Source: a virus. Taken from it: 46,195 bases of DNA. Each line of letters starts with the position of its first letter. The stretch's first letter is position 1. Under the pieces are notes generated by a model. It worked only from the letters and a program-made list of their open reading frames with translations, did not search any database and was not told the DNA's origin. The translations under genes and the position numbers were made by a program. Below, piece by piece: positions 8,458-18,649 of the stretch. The DNA is taken from positions 1-46,195 of the IMG/VR virus record IMGVR_UViG_3300021445_000001, one strand, 5' to 3'.

Positions 8458-11400
8458 CTTTGGGGCCACCTCGACGGACCAGTTTGGTGCTATTTCCGCT
8501 GACACCAACCAGGCGCAGGCCAGTGCAGATCTGTACGCCCTCGGGCAGCAGCAGGCGCAGGCAGAGCCGAAGCCCCCAGAGAAAAAGTCGGGGCACGGTT
8601 GGTCATGGAATCCGCTTCAGGATGTCGGCCAGATCTGGCACGATGTCGAAACCCACACAATCGCCCCACTCTTCACGGCTGACCGTTCCGTCTACTCGCG
8701 CTTCATCTCCCGCCCTATTGCCGCACTGGAAACCTACCAGGCAAAGCAGTTTGAGAACCTGGCGCACGGCAACGAAACGGCTGGATCCTTCCTTGGTTTC
8801 AACTCCTCCGACTGGGCCAACTCCTGGAACGCCGCGAACCACATCTCGCCTGGCCAAGGTCTGGTTCTGGGTCTCAACAACGCCTTCTCTGTGGTCGACC
8901 ACTGGGACGGTTGGCACCCTGCGGGCGTTGCTGATCGCTCTGTGGACCCTTTCAATCAGGATGCCAAGAACGCGTTTTTCAAGAACTCCTGGGGTAACAA
9001 GATTGCCTCCGGTGGGACTGACGCTGCTGCGTCGACTGTTCTTGACCCGCTCGGAAAGCTCGGGAAGGCCACCAAGCTTGGTCGTATCTTCAAGGATGCG
9101 CCGATCAGGTCTTCTGACACTGTTGCTGACGTCGCCAACAAGCTGACCGCTCCACGCTCGCAGGCTTTTAATGACTGGGCTCTGGGCAAACCAGCCTCGG
9201 TCATCGCTGAGCACCCCATGGTTAAGGGAACCGCAGAGCGTCTCAATCCGTACAGGTACCAGACTGCTGCTTTGATTGCCGGCGCGAAGACGCCGGAAGA
9301 GGTCGCCCTGATTCGGGAGATCGCAGCCGGCTCCCCGGCTGCTCGGGCACAGCTCACTGAATTGGGCGAGACGACTGCTCATGCCCTCGACAAACTGGCT
9401 CAGGTCTCCAAGGATGCAGCTAGCCAAGCGGCGAACCTGTTTATTCCGGCCGAAACTATGGAGAAATTCGCGCTGAGCGCGGACACCTGGGGTAACAACA
9501 TTTCGTGGCTGAAAGACGTCTCGAAGGCTAAGGCTGCTGCTGCTCAGGGTGCGCTCAACGAACAGGCGGACATGGTCCAGCAGCTCCTCAAAATCCGGGG
9601 CGCTATGGCCGGCCGTACCACCTCTTCGGCGGTGGCAGAGAAACTGGCAGAACTGCGCGGAACCCTCAAATACGCCAACACCCGCAATATCGATCGTGTC
9701 AGCTTCCTGCAAAAGGCCTGGTATAACTTCCCGGTTCGGCTCTACCAGGGCCTGACCGACATGCCCGACGGGCTCATTAACCACCGTGACGACCAGGCAG
9801 TGCAGCAGGCCCGAAGCTGGCTCAACAAGTCTCGCAGTCTCACACCGGATCAGAAGAACGATCTTCTACAGAAGTATGCTTCTGCCACGCCGGCCGATCG
9901 TCAGCGCGCTTGGGACAGCATAGAGAACCAGGTCTACTCGGCGGTGGGGGAACGCTACGGCGTTTCCGATGATGTCATGAAGCGGATTCTTACTACCACG
10001 AAGACTCGTGGAAGCACTGTGGCTCAGGCTGCCCGCTCCAAAGACTACGGCGCTGTTGATCTGGGCACTGGTGCTGGTGACGCGATTCTGCCAACGGCAG
10101 ACTCTGAAATCCTCATGCATCCGCGCCTGATTACCCAGCTTGAGGCGGGGGCTGTGCCCCTGGCGAATCTTCGGCAGCTTGAGAACGCCCTGTCGACGAT
10201 GGACCGCAGTGGCCTGCTCGGCTCGATTGCAAATAAGGGCTCTGACGCTTACGACCTTCTTAATGCTGCTCTCGATCGTGTGTACGGCCTGTGGCGGCCC
10301 ATGTCGCTTCTTACTGGCCACCGTGCCTACAACCACATCGGCGATGACTGGCTCCGTGGTGTGGCAAAACTGGGCGCCTTGACTACCATCACCAACGCCC
10401 GTGAGGGCGCTGGGAACTGGCTCCGAAACCGTGGAAACCAGCTCACCCATAACAAGCTGATCGGCAACATTGAGGGCAAGCACCAGCAGCAAGTAGCTGA
10501 CGCCAAGGCGGAGTGGGAAGGTCTCAAGGCTCAAGCGGATTCGCAGAACTGGCTGACCCCGGAAAACAAATGGGTGTCGCCTCAGCTCGTTGCCGAGAAG
10601 AAGGCTATTTATGATGAGCTGCGCAAAACCCCGATCACGGATCTAGTCCAGCCCAAGCACCGCATCGGCGAAGGCACCTTTAAAATCCCCGGCTCCAATC
10701 TGGACTGGCCGGAAGCTTTCGGCGGCCCAAACGGGGATTACTACCGTCAGCTTACGAGCTCACAGCACACATTTGATTCTCTGGTAGACGATTCGGCGCA
10801 CAAGCTGCATGCCGTGGCAACCGCACAGCGGTTGCGTTCCTTCGGTCAGATCAGGGCTGTAGACGACCTGGCCAAGCACACGCGCGCGTACGTGCACTAC
10901 ATTCGCAACCAGATGATGCCGGACCCGCTGGCTAGGCAGATTGTTGCCGGCCGTGATCTGGACGAGGTTTCTGATTGGCTGAGCAACACTGCTGCCGGCC
11001 GGCAGCACATGCGGGATCTTCACATTGGGGACCCTGATGAGCATGTGCTGACTGTTGCCGAGATGGTGAAGACCTACCTTCCGACCGACGCCATGCGTGA
11101 TGCTGCTGTGGCTGGCAGGTTTGGTAAAGACATCATTGAGGCTGAGATGCCGACCGCGCACGTGCGCCCCGATATCCACGCTGATATCAACCTGATGGTT
11201 CATGGTGGGGATCCCACTGTCGGCATGCTCAAACGGTCTATGGACCGAATCATGAAGCTCACGGGTACGCTGCCCGACGACATCATGGTGCGGCATCCGG
11301 TATTCAACGCGCTGTACAAGAACCGTCTAACCAACGATGTGCAGTCTTGGGCAGCGCAGAACGGTGGGCGGATCGATTCGGTTATTGCTAACGAGCTGAT

Positions 11401-12973
11401 CAATGGTGCCAAGCTCGGTGCCCGCAAAGACCTTCAGAACCTGGTCTACGACACCAGCCGCTTCAACGACCTCGGTCACACGATCCGCTTTATCTCCCCG
11501 TTCTTCAACGCCTGGTTCAACGCCATGTCGAGTTGGTCTCGGCTGTTCGCCGAGAATCCTGGTCTGCTCGCCCGAACGTATGCGGCTAAGCGTGGCCTGT
11601 GGAATTCACCGTTCTCGATCGACAAGCAGACCGGTCAGCCGGCTGACGAGAACACCTCCCTGGATGACCTGGCCTTCGTGTTTCATGCGCCGGCTGCAAT
11701 GCACGGGATGCTCGGTGGCCTGACCACGATTCCTATCGACGGAACCAAGCTGGTCTCCCCCACCTACATCGACTCGATCGGCTCGCCCGGTTTCGGTCCG
11801 CTGGTGGTGGCTCCGGTCAACTCGTGGGTCAAGTCGCATCCTGGTGATATTGATAGCCCTGTCGTCAAGACGATTCTTAACGGGATTATCGACAAAAACT
11901 CGCTGGCTGCCTTCGTGCCTTCGGGGTTGCGTGACGCGCAGTTCCTGTCCCAGATCATCGGCGGCAATCCGGCTGACGCTACACAGTTGGCCAAGACGCA
12001 GTGGTCGATCTACCAAGAGCAGCAGTGGGACTACATCAATGGTCAGCGGGTCAAGCCCCCAAACTGGGATGACATCAAGCGCCAGGCCGAATACCTGACC
12101 TCCATTGACCTGTTCGTCAACCGCTTCATGCCGCTGGGCTTTCGCCCAGCGCCGGCACACCAGATGCTCGTCAACGAGTACCGCAATATGGCTAGTGCCG
12201 ATCCCAAAAATGCCATGCAGAACTTCTATGATAAGTACGGTCCTGCTGCCATGGTGTTTACGCAGTCTCTGACTGCGGATCCTTCGGGTATTCCGGCCAC
12301 GGTCGGTGCTGCTAAGGCGGTCGGCAAATACAAGGATCTGCTTGCGAAGTTCCCTGAGCTTGGTGGGGTCATCGTCGGCCCTGAAGGTAACGGCAACTTC
12401 GACGACATGGCCTATCAGTGGCAGGTAGCCAAAGGTCTTCGGACCAAGCTGTCACCGGAGGATGCTGCCAAGCAGGCTCAGACTAATCTCGGTTGGGCAG
12501 CTTACGGTAAGGCTCGTGCTGGCATTCAGGCTCAGTTGCAGGTTCGCGGTTTGAAGTCGATCAACGAACCAGGGGCCAAGGATCTGAAGGCACAGCTTTC
12601 CAACTATGTGTCTCGGTTCGGCGACAAGAACGATCCAATATACAACAAGCCCTTTTACGAGAGCTACGCGTCATTCAACCCAAACGGCTATCAGAACCGC
12701 ATCAGCGCTATCCTCGCTATCGCCCAAGATCCGAGCCTGCATGCGAACGCTGCCCGTGGGGACATCAGGATGCTTCAGCGGTATTCGCAGCTTCGTGACG
12801 CCACCTACAGCGAGCTTCAGAGCCGCAAGAACAAGACCCTGAACGCCGCTAGTAACTTCGACCTCGCCAAGCGTTATGACACTGAGGTCGCTGAAATGAT
12901 GATGGCTGACACACGCTTTGCGCAGCTCTACGACAGGTACCTGTCTCGGGATGATTGGAAGGAACCAGTGTGA
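8414..12973 (+). CDS. giant virion-module protein, about 1519 aa (candidate internal/ejection protein)
   Basis: Uninterrupted 4.5-kb ORF between the portal and the cell-wall hydrolase genes. ATG at 8414; TTG alternatives at 8405 and 8411. I recognise no domain in it. Confidence 0.7.
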   Translation: MTVTVGPYQPAPGNSFGATSTDQFGAISADTNQAQASADLYALGQQQAQAEPKPPEKKSGHGWSWNPLQDVGQIWHDVETHTIAPLFTADRSVYSRFISRPIAALETYQAKQFENLAHGNETAGSFLGFNSSDWANSWNAANHISPGQGLVLGLNNAFSVVDHWDGWHPAGVADRSVDPFNQDAKNAFFKNSWGNKIASGGTDAAASTVLDPLGKLGKATKLGRIFKDAPIRSSDTVADVANKLTAPRSQAFNDWALGKPASVIAEHPMVKGTAERLNPYRYQTAALIAGAKTPEEVALIREIAAGSPAARAQLTELGETTAHALDKLAQVSKDAASQAANLFIPAETMEKFALSADTWGNNISWLKDVSKAKAAAAQGALNEQADMVQQLLKIRGAMAGRTTSSAVAEKLAELRGTLKYANTRNIDRVSFLQKAWYNFPVRLYQGLTDMPDGLINHRDDQAVQQARSWLNKSRSLTPDQKNDLLQKYASATPADRQRAWDSIENQVYSAVGERYGVSDDVMKRILTTTKTRGSTVAQAARSKDYGAVDLGTGAGDAILPTADSEILMHPRLITQLEAGAVPLANLRQLENALSTMDRSGLLGSIANKGSDAYDLLNAALDRVYGLWRPMSLLTGHRAYNHIGDDWLRGVAKLGALTTITNAREGAGNWLRNRGNQLTHNKLIGNIEGKHQQQVADAKAEWEGLKAQADSQNWLTPENKWVSPQLVAEKKAIYDELRKTPITDLVQPKHRIGEGTFKIPGSNLDWPEAFGGPNGDYYRQLTSSQHTFDSLVDDSAHKLHAVATAQRLRSFGQIRAVDDLAKHTRAYVHYIRNQMMPDPLARQIVAGRDLDEVSDWLSNTAAGRQHMRDLHIGDPDEHVLTVAEMVKTYLPTDAMRDAAVAGRFGKDIIEAEMPTAHVRPDIHADINLMVHGGDPTVGMLKRSMDRIMKLTGTLPDDIMVRHPVFNALYKNRLTNDVQSWAAQNGGRIDSVIANELINGAKLGARKDLQNLVYDTSRFNDLGHTIRFISPFFNAWFNAMSSWSRLFAENPGLLARTYAAKRGLWNSPFSIDKQTGQPADENTSLDDLAFVFHAPAAMHGMLGGLTTIPIDGTKLVSPTYIDSIGSPGFGPLVVAPVNSWVKSHPGDIDSPVVKTILNGIIDKNSLAAFVPSGLRDAQFLSQIIGGNPADATQLAKTQWSIYQEQQWDYINGQRVKPPNWDDIKRQAEYLTSIDLFVNRFMPLGFRPAPAHQMLVNEYRNMASADPKNAMQNFYDKYGPAAMVFTQSLTADPSGIPATVGAAKAVGKYKDLLAKFPELGGVIVGPEGNGNFDDMAYQWQVAKGLRTKLSPEDAAKQAQTNLGWAAYGKARAGIQAQLQVRGLKSINEPGAKDLKAQLSNYVSRFGDKNDPIYNKPFYESYASFNPNGYQNRISAILAIAQDPSLHANAARGDIRMLQRYSQLRDATYSELQSRKNKTLNAASNFDLAKRYDTEVAEMMMADTRFAQLYDRYLSRDDWKEPV

Positions 12974-13983
12974 GCGAGCAGCCTGTCTCTGGCACTGGTG
13001 GCGGTGTTGGAAACTATAGCCTGGCTACGCCGGCCGACCCCGGAAACCCCAACAACAATGCGGGAGCGCCTACCGGGGTCCAAGACCCGCGCACCGTCAC
13101 TGTCACAGTCAACGGCCGTACCTACAAAGTCGAGATTGTCAGCAGCCTTGATCCTTCGCAGGTTGTGTCTTCTAGAGACATACTGGCTGAACGCGATGAC
13201 GCTACAAGCGCCAATGTTGTCAGCAAGATAGCTGAGATTCAGGACTGGTACGGGAACGCCACCAAGCGTGCGCAGATTATCCAGCAGCTTTACGCTGCTG
13301 GTCTGGTTACTTCCAAAAAAGCGCCTTCAGCCGCGGAGGTTATCAACGCTTGGTCTTTGGTCGTCCAGGAAGCAGCAACACAGAGCAACGCCGGCAAGTT
13401 CATTTCACCGGAAGATCTGCTAGCTAAAGCCGCGAAGAGTGGCTGGAATTCCGTTGGCGCAACACTAACCCCGGATTCTACCGGAGCTGTCGGTACCGGC
13501 AACCTCAACAACGCAGCGGATGCCAGCACCACCACCAGCCAGACCATTTATAAGAGCTACCTGGATCCGGCCTCCATCATGGGTGCGCAGGCGGATGCTT
13601 GGTTCAGGCTTCTCGGTCGCAACCCCACCACTGCGGAGTACAACGCCTTCCTCAACTCGGTTCTGGGCTATCAGGATGCCAGCAACACCGGCAAGTTCGA
13701 ATCCCAGACCAAGGATCCTTCCAACGTCGCCACTGGTGCTAACGCCGGCCAGTCGGCCGGCATGCAGGATGCTATGACCGATCCAACCACACAGACCTCT
13801 ATCGTCTCTCAGCGCGGTATCGGTACACGGGGTCTGGAGTTTCTGGCCGGCCAGGCTGCTATGGCTAACCCGGAGGAGGGCGCATACCAGGCTGCTACCA
13901 CGTATTTCAATGCCTTTATCAAGGCCCTTTCAGGGCCGGCTGCCGGCATGTCTGCTTCTGGTCCCACCAATACCGCCCCCTAG
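12970..13983 (+). CDS. hypothetical low-complexity protein, 337 aa
   Basis: GTG at 12970 overlaps the preceding stop (GTGA). GGAAGGAA lies 5 nt upstream. Confidence 0.6.
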   Translation: MSEQPVSGTGGGVGNYSLATPADPGNPNNNAGAPTGVQDPRTVTVTVNGRTYKVEIVSSLDPSQVVSSRDILAERDDATSANVVSKIAEIQDWYGNATKRAQIIQQLYAAGLVTSKKAPSAAEVINAWSLVVQEAATQSNAGKFISPEDLLAKAAKSGWNSVGATLTPDSTGAVGTGNLNNAADASTTTSQTIYKSYLDPASIMGAQADAWFRLLGRNPTTAEYNAFLNSVLGYQDASNTGKFESQTKDPSNVATGANAGQSAGMQDAMTDPTTQTSIVSQRGIGTRGLEFLAGQAAMANPEEGAYQAATTYFNAFIKALSGPAAGMSASGPTNTAP

Positions 13984-13992
13984 GAGTAGTGC

Positions 13993-15561
13993 ATGGCTGG
14001 CGTTAACGGTGCGGATGTCTACCAGTTTCTGCTTCAGTTTCTCGGGCAAAAGTACGTGTGGGGTGGGCAAGCACCTGGTGGCTTCGACTGCTCTGGCCTG
14101 ATGTGGTACGGCTATCAGCACTTCGGCATCAAGATTCCCCGTGGCTCCAACGACCAGCTAGCTGCACTCCGTTCCATCCCGATCGATCAGGCGCAAATCG
14201 GCGATCTGGTTTTCTTCGACTCCGACAGCAACGGCCGATCCGATCACGTGGGGATGTACGCCGGTAACGGTCAGGTGCTGGTGGCTGACAACCCTTCGGT
14301 GCCAATTCACATCGTCAATGTCTCCACCGAGGCTCGTATTACCGGTGTCGGCAGAGCTCCGGGGGTTTTGAATACCGGCGTCTTCGATCGTGGCCTTACC
14401 GGTGCCCACACTGGTGGGCTGACCAACATCAACGGCACCAACTACAGCGCGCTCATTCCGAGCGCCAGACCCACGTTCGACCTGTTCGGCCAGCTTGGTT
14501 TGCAGTCGCCCAACAGCGCGTCCCTGAACGAAAACTACGGCCTTGCGGCCTCGTTCCTGGAATCCGATCCTGAGCTTGCCGACCTGTATTCGAAAGCTGT
14601 TGCGGGTACGTGGTCCACGGATCAATTTCAGGCAGCACTACAGGAAACCAACTGGTGGCAGACCAACTCGGCTAGTGCCCGCAAACTTATCGCCGAGAAG
14701 GCCACCAACCCGGCACAGTACCAGCAGGACTTGGCCAACAAGATTCCGGAGCTGCAAGAGCAGGCAACCAAACTCGGTGTGCACCTCTCCCCAGACGGCA
14801 TGAACACCCTGGCCTCTATGGCCCTCATGCTGAACATGAACACCGCAGCTATCGACGCCTACATGGGCAAGTATCTTGAGCTCAACCAGCAGGGTCATTT
14901 TCTTGGTTACGCGGGCCAGGTTGAGTTGGGTATACGCGAGTACGCTCGCGACATGGGGATTCCGCTGACTGATGATTATGTGGATCGTGCGGTAACAGGC
15001 ATCATCTCCGGCACTGACTCGCTGGGCAACCACCGCGCCAACATCCAAGCGCTAGCCGAAGCAGCCTTTCCCGCATACGCCTCGCTCATCAAAGACGGTG
15101 TGTCGGTCGGCCAGATTGCAGCTCCCTTCCTCGCTGCGCAGTCGAAGATCTGGGAGATGGATCCCAACAAAATAGACCTCTTTGATCCAACCCTCCGTGG
15201 TGCTTTGACCAAGACCATTACGTCATCGGCAGATCAGCCGGGTGAGCCGGCACAGGTTCCCCTGTACGAGTTTGAGAAGCAGCTAAGGGCGGATCCTAAG
15301 TGGCTGAAGACGAACAATGCTCGGGAGTCCTTTTCGGCGACTGCAAAGCAAGTCCTGGGAAACCTTGGCTTAGTTGCATCGGATGTAGGGAGTGCCCCGC
15401 AAACCGCGACTTCAATAACGGACAACTCGCGGGCTTCCTTTGGTTCGCTTCAGGGTATGACTTCCTTTCCTACGCTTCAGGGGCATCAGTGGCAGAACCC
15501 GGGGCCTCTCCCCACCAGCGCGAGTGATCTCGCGCCGAACACTTCCTTCCAGGCGGTCTAA
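13993..15561 (+). CDS. NlpC/P60-family peptidoglycan endopeptidase fused to a ~340-aa C-terminal module, 522 aa
   Basis: N-terminal motifs are YVWGGQAPGGFDCSGLMWY and SDHVGMYAGNGQVLVAD (Cys/His). RBS AGGAG. Confidence 0.8.
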   Translation: MAGVNGADVYQFLLQFLGQKYVWGGQAPGGFDCSGLMWYGYQHFGIKIPRGSNDQLAALRSIPIDQAQIGDLVFFDSDSNGRSDHVGMYAGNGQVLVADNPSVPIHIVNVSTEARITGVGRAPGVLNTGVFDRGLTGAHTGGLTNINGTNYSALIPSARPTFDLFGQLGLQSPNSASLNENYGLAASFLESDPELADLYSKAVAGTWSTDQFQAALQETNWWQTNSASARKLIAEKATNPAQYQQDLANKIPELQEQATKLGVHLSPDGMNTLASMALMLNMNTAAIDAYMGKYLELNQQGHFLGYAGQVELGIREYARDMGIPLTDDYVDRAVTGIISGTDSLGNHRANIQALAEAAFPAYASLIKDGVSVGQIAAPFLAAQSKIWEMDPNKIDLFDPTLRGALTKTITSSADQPGEPAQVPLYEFEKQLRADPKWLKTNNARESFSATAKQVLGNLGLVASDVGSAPQTATSITDNSRASFGSLQGMTSFPTLQGHQWQNPGPLPTSASDLAPNTSFQAV

Positions 15562-16884
15562 ATGGTCTACGTTCCGCCGGGCTATGAGTCGCTGGTGCAG
15601 AAGGCCGCTACTGCCCTTGGTATCCCGTTCGCTGTGGTGGCCGCGCAGATCAATCAGGAGTCCGGCTGGAACGGCTCGGTGGTCGGCTCACAGGGTGAGC
15701 TCGGGCTCTTTCAGTTCATGGAAGGCACCTGGAAGCAGTACGGCACCAGCAATCACAACGACGCCAAGAACCCGGCTGACGCGGTAAACGCCTACATCAA
15801 CTACATGCGCTATCTGCTCAAGCTAGAGCACAACGACATGCAGCTAGCGCTAGCCGCGTACAACGCGGGTCCTGGGAACATCCAAGCCGGCATGGGCTAC
15901 GCCCAGAAGGTTCTCACAGCGGCATCGGTTCCTGGCGTCCAGTATCAGTACACTGACAACAACGGTGTATCACTGGCCAACTCGACGATGTCCCCGTACA
16001 TCCCGCAAGCCTCTCAGCCGGTTCTGTCGCTGGACATGCTGAAGTCGGAATACCCTCTGGTTGCGGCCATGGTGTCGTCGGTCCCTGAGCTGCACAACAT
16101 TTACAGCAATGCGGTCAGCGCCTCATGGTCTACCGATCGCTTTATCGCTGCGGTACAGAACTCGCATTGGTGGGCCACGCACTCTGATACAGCTCGCCAG
16201 GTTTTCGCCACCATGAAGGCCGATCCGGCTACCTACCAGCAGCAGGTTAACAACCTGCAAGCCTCCCTGACTGCTATGGCCTCTTCCCTCGGGGCTCAGC
16301 TCACAGCACAGCAGGTCCAGGCAATTGCGGTAGACGCGCTGACCGGCGGTTACGACACCAACCAGAGTGTGCTTCGGCAAAAGTTCGCCCAGTATGTCAA
16401 CCCTGTGGCTGGCGTACATTTCGGTGGCGATGCGGGTGCATATGAGGATCAGCTCCGGCAGGCTATGCGGGACCTCGGCGTTTTCATGCCGGAAGACCAG
16501 CTAGACAAACAGATCAGGCAGATCATTTCGGGGCAGCAGACGATTCAAGGGGTAAGCGCGCAGTTGCGCGCTCAGTCGGCATCCATGTATCCGGCCTACT
16601 CCACACAGATCAACTCAGGAATGAACCTGTCGGACATCGCAGCCCCGTTCATCTCCCGGGCACAGCAGCTTCTCGAGACGGGCGTGGGTGGCGTCAACAT
16701 TGAGTCCCCGCTGATCAAGTCTGCATTGCAGTACGCACCCGGTGGTGTGCCAACGGCGATGCCGTTGGGTGACTTCGAAAAACAGGTGCGCCAGGATCCA
16801 CGCTGGCTGTCGACCGATAATGCGCAGGACTCCATCATGTCGAATGCCCACCGCGTGCTCGTTGACATGGGTTTCGAATACTAG
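15562..16884 (+). CDS. lytic transglycosylase (SLT domain) fused to a paralogous C-terminal module, 440 aa
   Basis: AQINQESGWN...GLFQFMEGTW...AYNAGPGN. The C-terminal ~285 aa align with the C-terminus of the preceding protein. Confidence 0.8.
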   Translation: MVYVPPGYESLVQKAATALGIPFAVVAAQINQESGWNGSVVGSQGELGLFQFMEGTWKQYGTSNHNDAKNPADAVNAYINYMRYLLKLEHNDMQLALAAYNAGPGNIQAGMGYAQKVLTAASVPGVQYQYTDNNGVSLANSTMSPYIPQASQPVLSLDMLKSEYPLVAAMVSSVPELHNIYSNAVSASWSTDRFIAAVQNSHWWATHSDTARQVFATMKADPATYQQQVNNLQASLTAMASSLGAQLTAQQVQAIAVDALTGGYDTNQSVLRQKFAQYVNPVAGVHFGGDAGAYEDQLRQAMRDLGVFMPEDQLDKQIRQIISGQQTIQGVSAQLRAQSASMYPAYSTQINSGMNLSDIAAPFISRAQQLLETGVGGVNIESPLIKSALQYAPGGVPTAMPLGDFEKQVRQDPRWLSTDNAQDSIMSNAHRVLVDMGFEY

Positions 16885-16894
16885 GAGTAATTAA

Positions 16895-17929
16895 GTGGCT
16901 ACTAATCCTCCTGGCCAGCCGAACCCACGGACGCCTTCTCTGGATCTCACCAACACCACCACGAAGCTGTCGGACAACGACGCCATATTTCAGCAGCTCT
17001 CGGCACAGTGGGCAGCAGAGGTACAGGCTCAACAGGGGCAGTCGAGCACGCCCACACCAGGCTCACCATCGGATCAGCTACTTGCCGAGCTGGAAGGGCT
17101 TCCTGGCCAGGAGAGGGACGCTTACGCGGCCCTCAAAACCCTCTTCGAGTCCTATGGTCTTGGCTCGCTCGCACCGACGATTCTGCGGTATCTGCAAGAC
17201 GGCTTCGGTTCCGACACCATTACGGTTCTGCTTCAGCAGACGCCTGAGTATAAAGCTCGCTTCGCTGGCAACACCGCCCGACAGGCTAATGGGCTTCAGG
17301 TTTTGACGCCGGCCGAATACCTGTCCACAGAAGCCTCGTACAAGCAGCTTCTTCGTGCCGGCGGAATCGACGCCTCGTTCAACACCCCATCGCAGTTCGC
17401 CAAGTGGATCGGTGACGATGTTTCACCCACAGAGCTTCAGGACCGCGTCAATCTGGCAGCACAGGCTACCGCTCAGGCTCCGCCCTCCCTCACACAGTAT
17501 TTCGCGACGTTGGGTATCGGTGCCGGGGATCTGGCCAGCTACTTCCTGAACGACAAGAACCCGACGCCGGCACTGCAACTCAAGCTCAATCAGGCTCAGA
17601 TCGGCGCTGCCGGCTTGCAGAACAACATCAAGACTTCGGCTGCGGATACGTTGCGCTACGCGCAACAGGGTGTCACCTACCAACAGGCTCAATCCGCCTA
17701 TCAGCGGATTGCCGACATCCTTCCCACGGCTCAAGGCTTGTCGCAGATCTACAAGAGCCAGGCTCCCGTCAACCAGCAGACTCTTCAAGAGGAGTTCCTG
17801 GGGAACTCGGGGCAAGCACAGTTGGCGCGTGAGCGCCTCGCACAGCAGGAACAGGCAGCCTTCTCCGGAACCTCTGGTGTGGGTAAGTCCTCGTTCCAGC
17901 AGCAGACGGCCGGCGGGCCGTCCTTCTAG
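16895..17929 (+). CDS. hypothetical virion-module protein, 344 aa
   Basis: GTG start with AGGAG upstream. Confidence 0.6.
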   Translation: MATNPPGQPNPRTPSLDLTNTTTKLSDNDAIFQQLSAQWAAEVQAQQGQSSTPTPGSPSDQLLAELEGLPGQERDAYAALKTLFESYGLGSLAPTILRYLQDGFGSDTITVLLQQTPEYKARFAGNTARQANGLQVLTPAEYLSTEASYKQLLRAGGIDASFNTPSQFAKWIGDDVSPTELQDRVNLAAQATAQAPPSLTQYFATLGIGAGDLASYFLNDKNPTPALQLKLNQAQIGAAGLQNNIKTSAADTLRYAQQGVTYQQAQSAYQRIADILPTAQGLSQIYKSQAPVNQQTLQEEFLGNSGQAQLARERLAQQEQAAFSGTSGVGKSSFQQQTAGGPSF

Positions 17930-17954
17930 TCGTGCAGCTTAAATACGCTGTGCG

Positions 17955-17976
17955 GTCATCGGCATAAGCCGATGAC
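17955..17976 (+). terminator. Hairpin GTCATCGGC-ATAA-GCCGATGAC just upstream of tRNA-Pro
   Basis: 9-bp stem with a tetraloop, 25 nt after the stop at 17929. No U tract. Confidence 0.35.
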
Positions 17977-17978
17977 TA

Positions 17979-18050
17979 TCGGGTGTGGGCCAATGGTCGG
18001 CCGCCTGCTTTGGGAGCAGGAATACGGGAGTTCGATTCTCTCCATCCGGA
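17979..18050 (+). tRNA. tRNA-Pro (anticodon TGG)
   Basis: Hand-folded cloverleaf: acceptor TCGGGTG/CATCCGG (two G.U pairs), D arm GGCC-AATGGTC-GGCC, anticodon arm CCTGC-TTTGGGA-GCAGG, T arm GGGAG-TTCGATT-CTCTC. Confidence 0.8.
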
Positions 18051-18152
18051 CTCTGCACCAGCTCTTTCAGCGCTGGCTGTATGTATCAAAGTCTGAAATC
18101 CACCAGGTATCCGTCAAGCTCCCCGGCTTGATGCGGCCTTTAACAGGGAGTT

Positions 18153-18641
18153 ATGCAAGTGGAAGATTGGGAAGACAACCCCAACGAAACCGATGGTATC
18201 AAGGCGCTTCGAAAGAAGTTTAAGGAACAGGGCCAGGAGATTCAGTCTCTTAAAGATGCTCTGGCCAAGACCATGGAGCGCGAGAAGACCCAGAACGTTT
18301 ATGAGGCTCTTGCCAATCGCGGCCTCGATCCACGGGTGGCCAAGTTCTACCCCAAAGACGCCGCAACTGATGACGCAGCAGTAGATGAGTGGGTTACCGA
18401 AAACGGTGAACTCTTCAATGGTCGACGGGTCGTTGACGAACAGCCGGATAAGGGTCAGCTCACTGATTCAGAAATGCGAGGGTACCAAATCCTCAAGGAC
18501 ACCAATGCTTATCAGTCCGCGGTTCAGATGGATTTGAAGACCCGCCTAGACAAGATCGAATATGACCCTCAGAACCCTGAGAAAGCCCAGAAAGAACTTC
18601 TGAATGTGCTCAAGGAGTTTGAGGGCGTTATCAATACGTAA
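18153..18641 (+). CDS. capsid scaffolding protein (probable), 162 aa
   Basis: Charged, helical, coiled-coil-like sequence immediately upstream of the capsid gene. Confidence 0.65.
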   Translation: MQVEDWEDNPNETDGIKALRKKFKEQGQEIQSLKDALAKTMEREKTQNVYEALANRGLDPRVAKFYPKDAATDDAAVDEWVTENGELFNGRRVVDEQPDKGQLTDSEMRGYQILKDTNAYQSAVQMDLKTRLDKIEYDPQNPEKAQKELLNVLKEFEGVINT

Positions 18642-18649
18642 GGTAAGAA

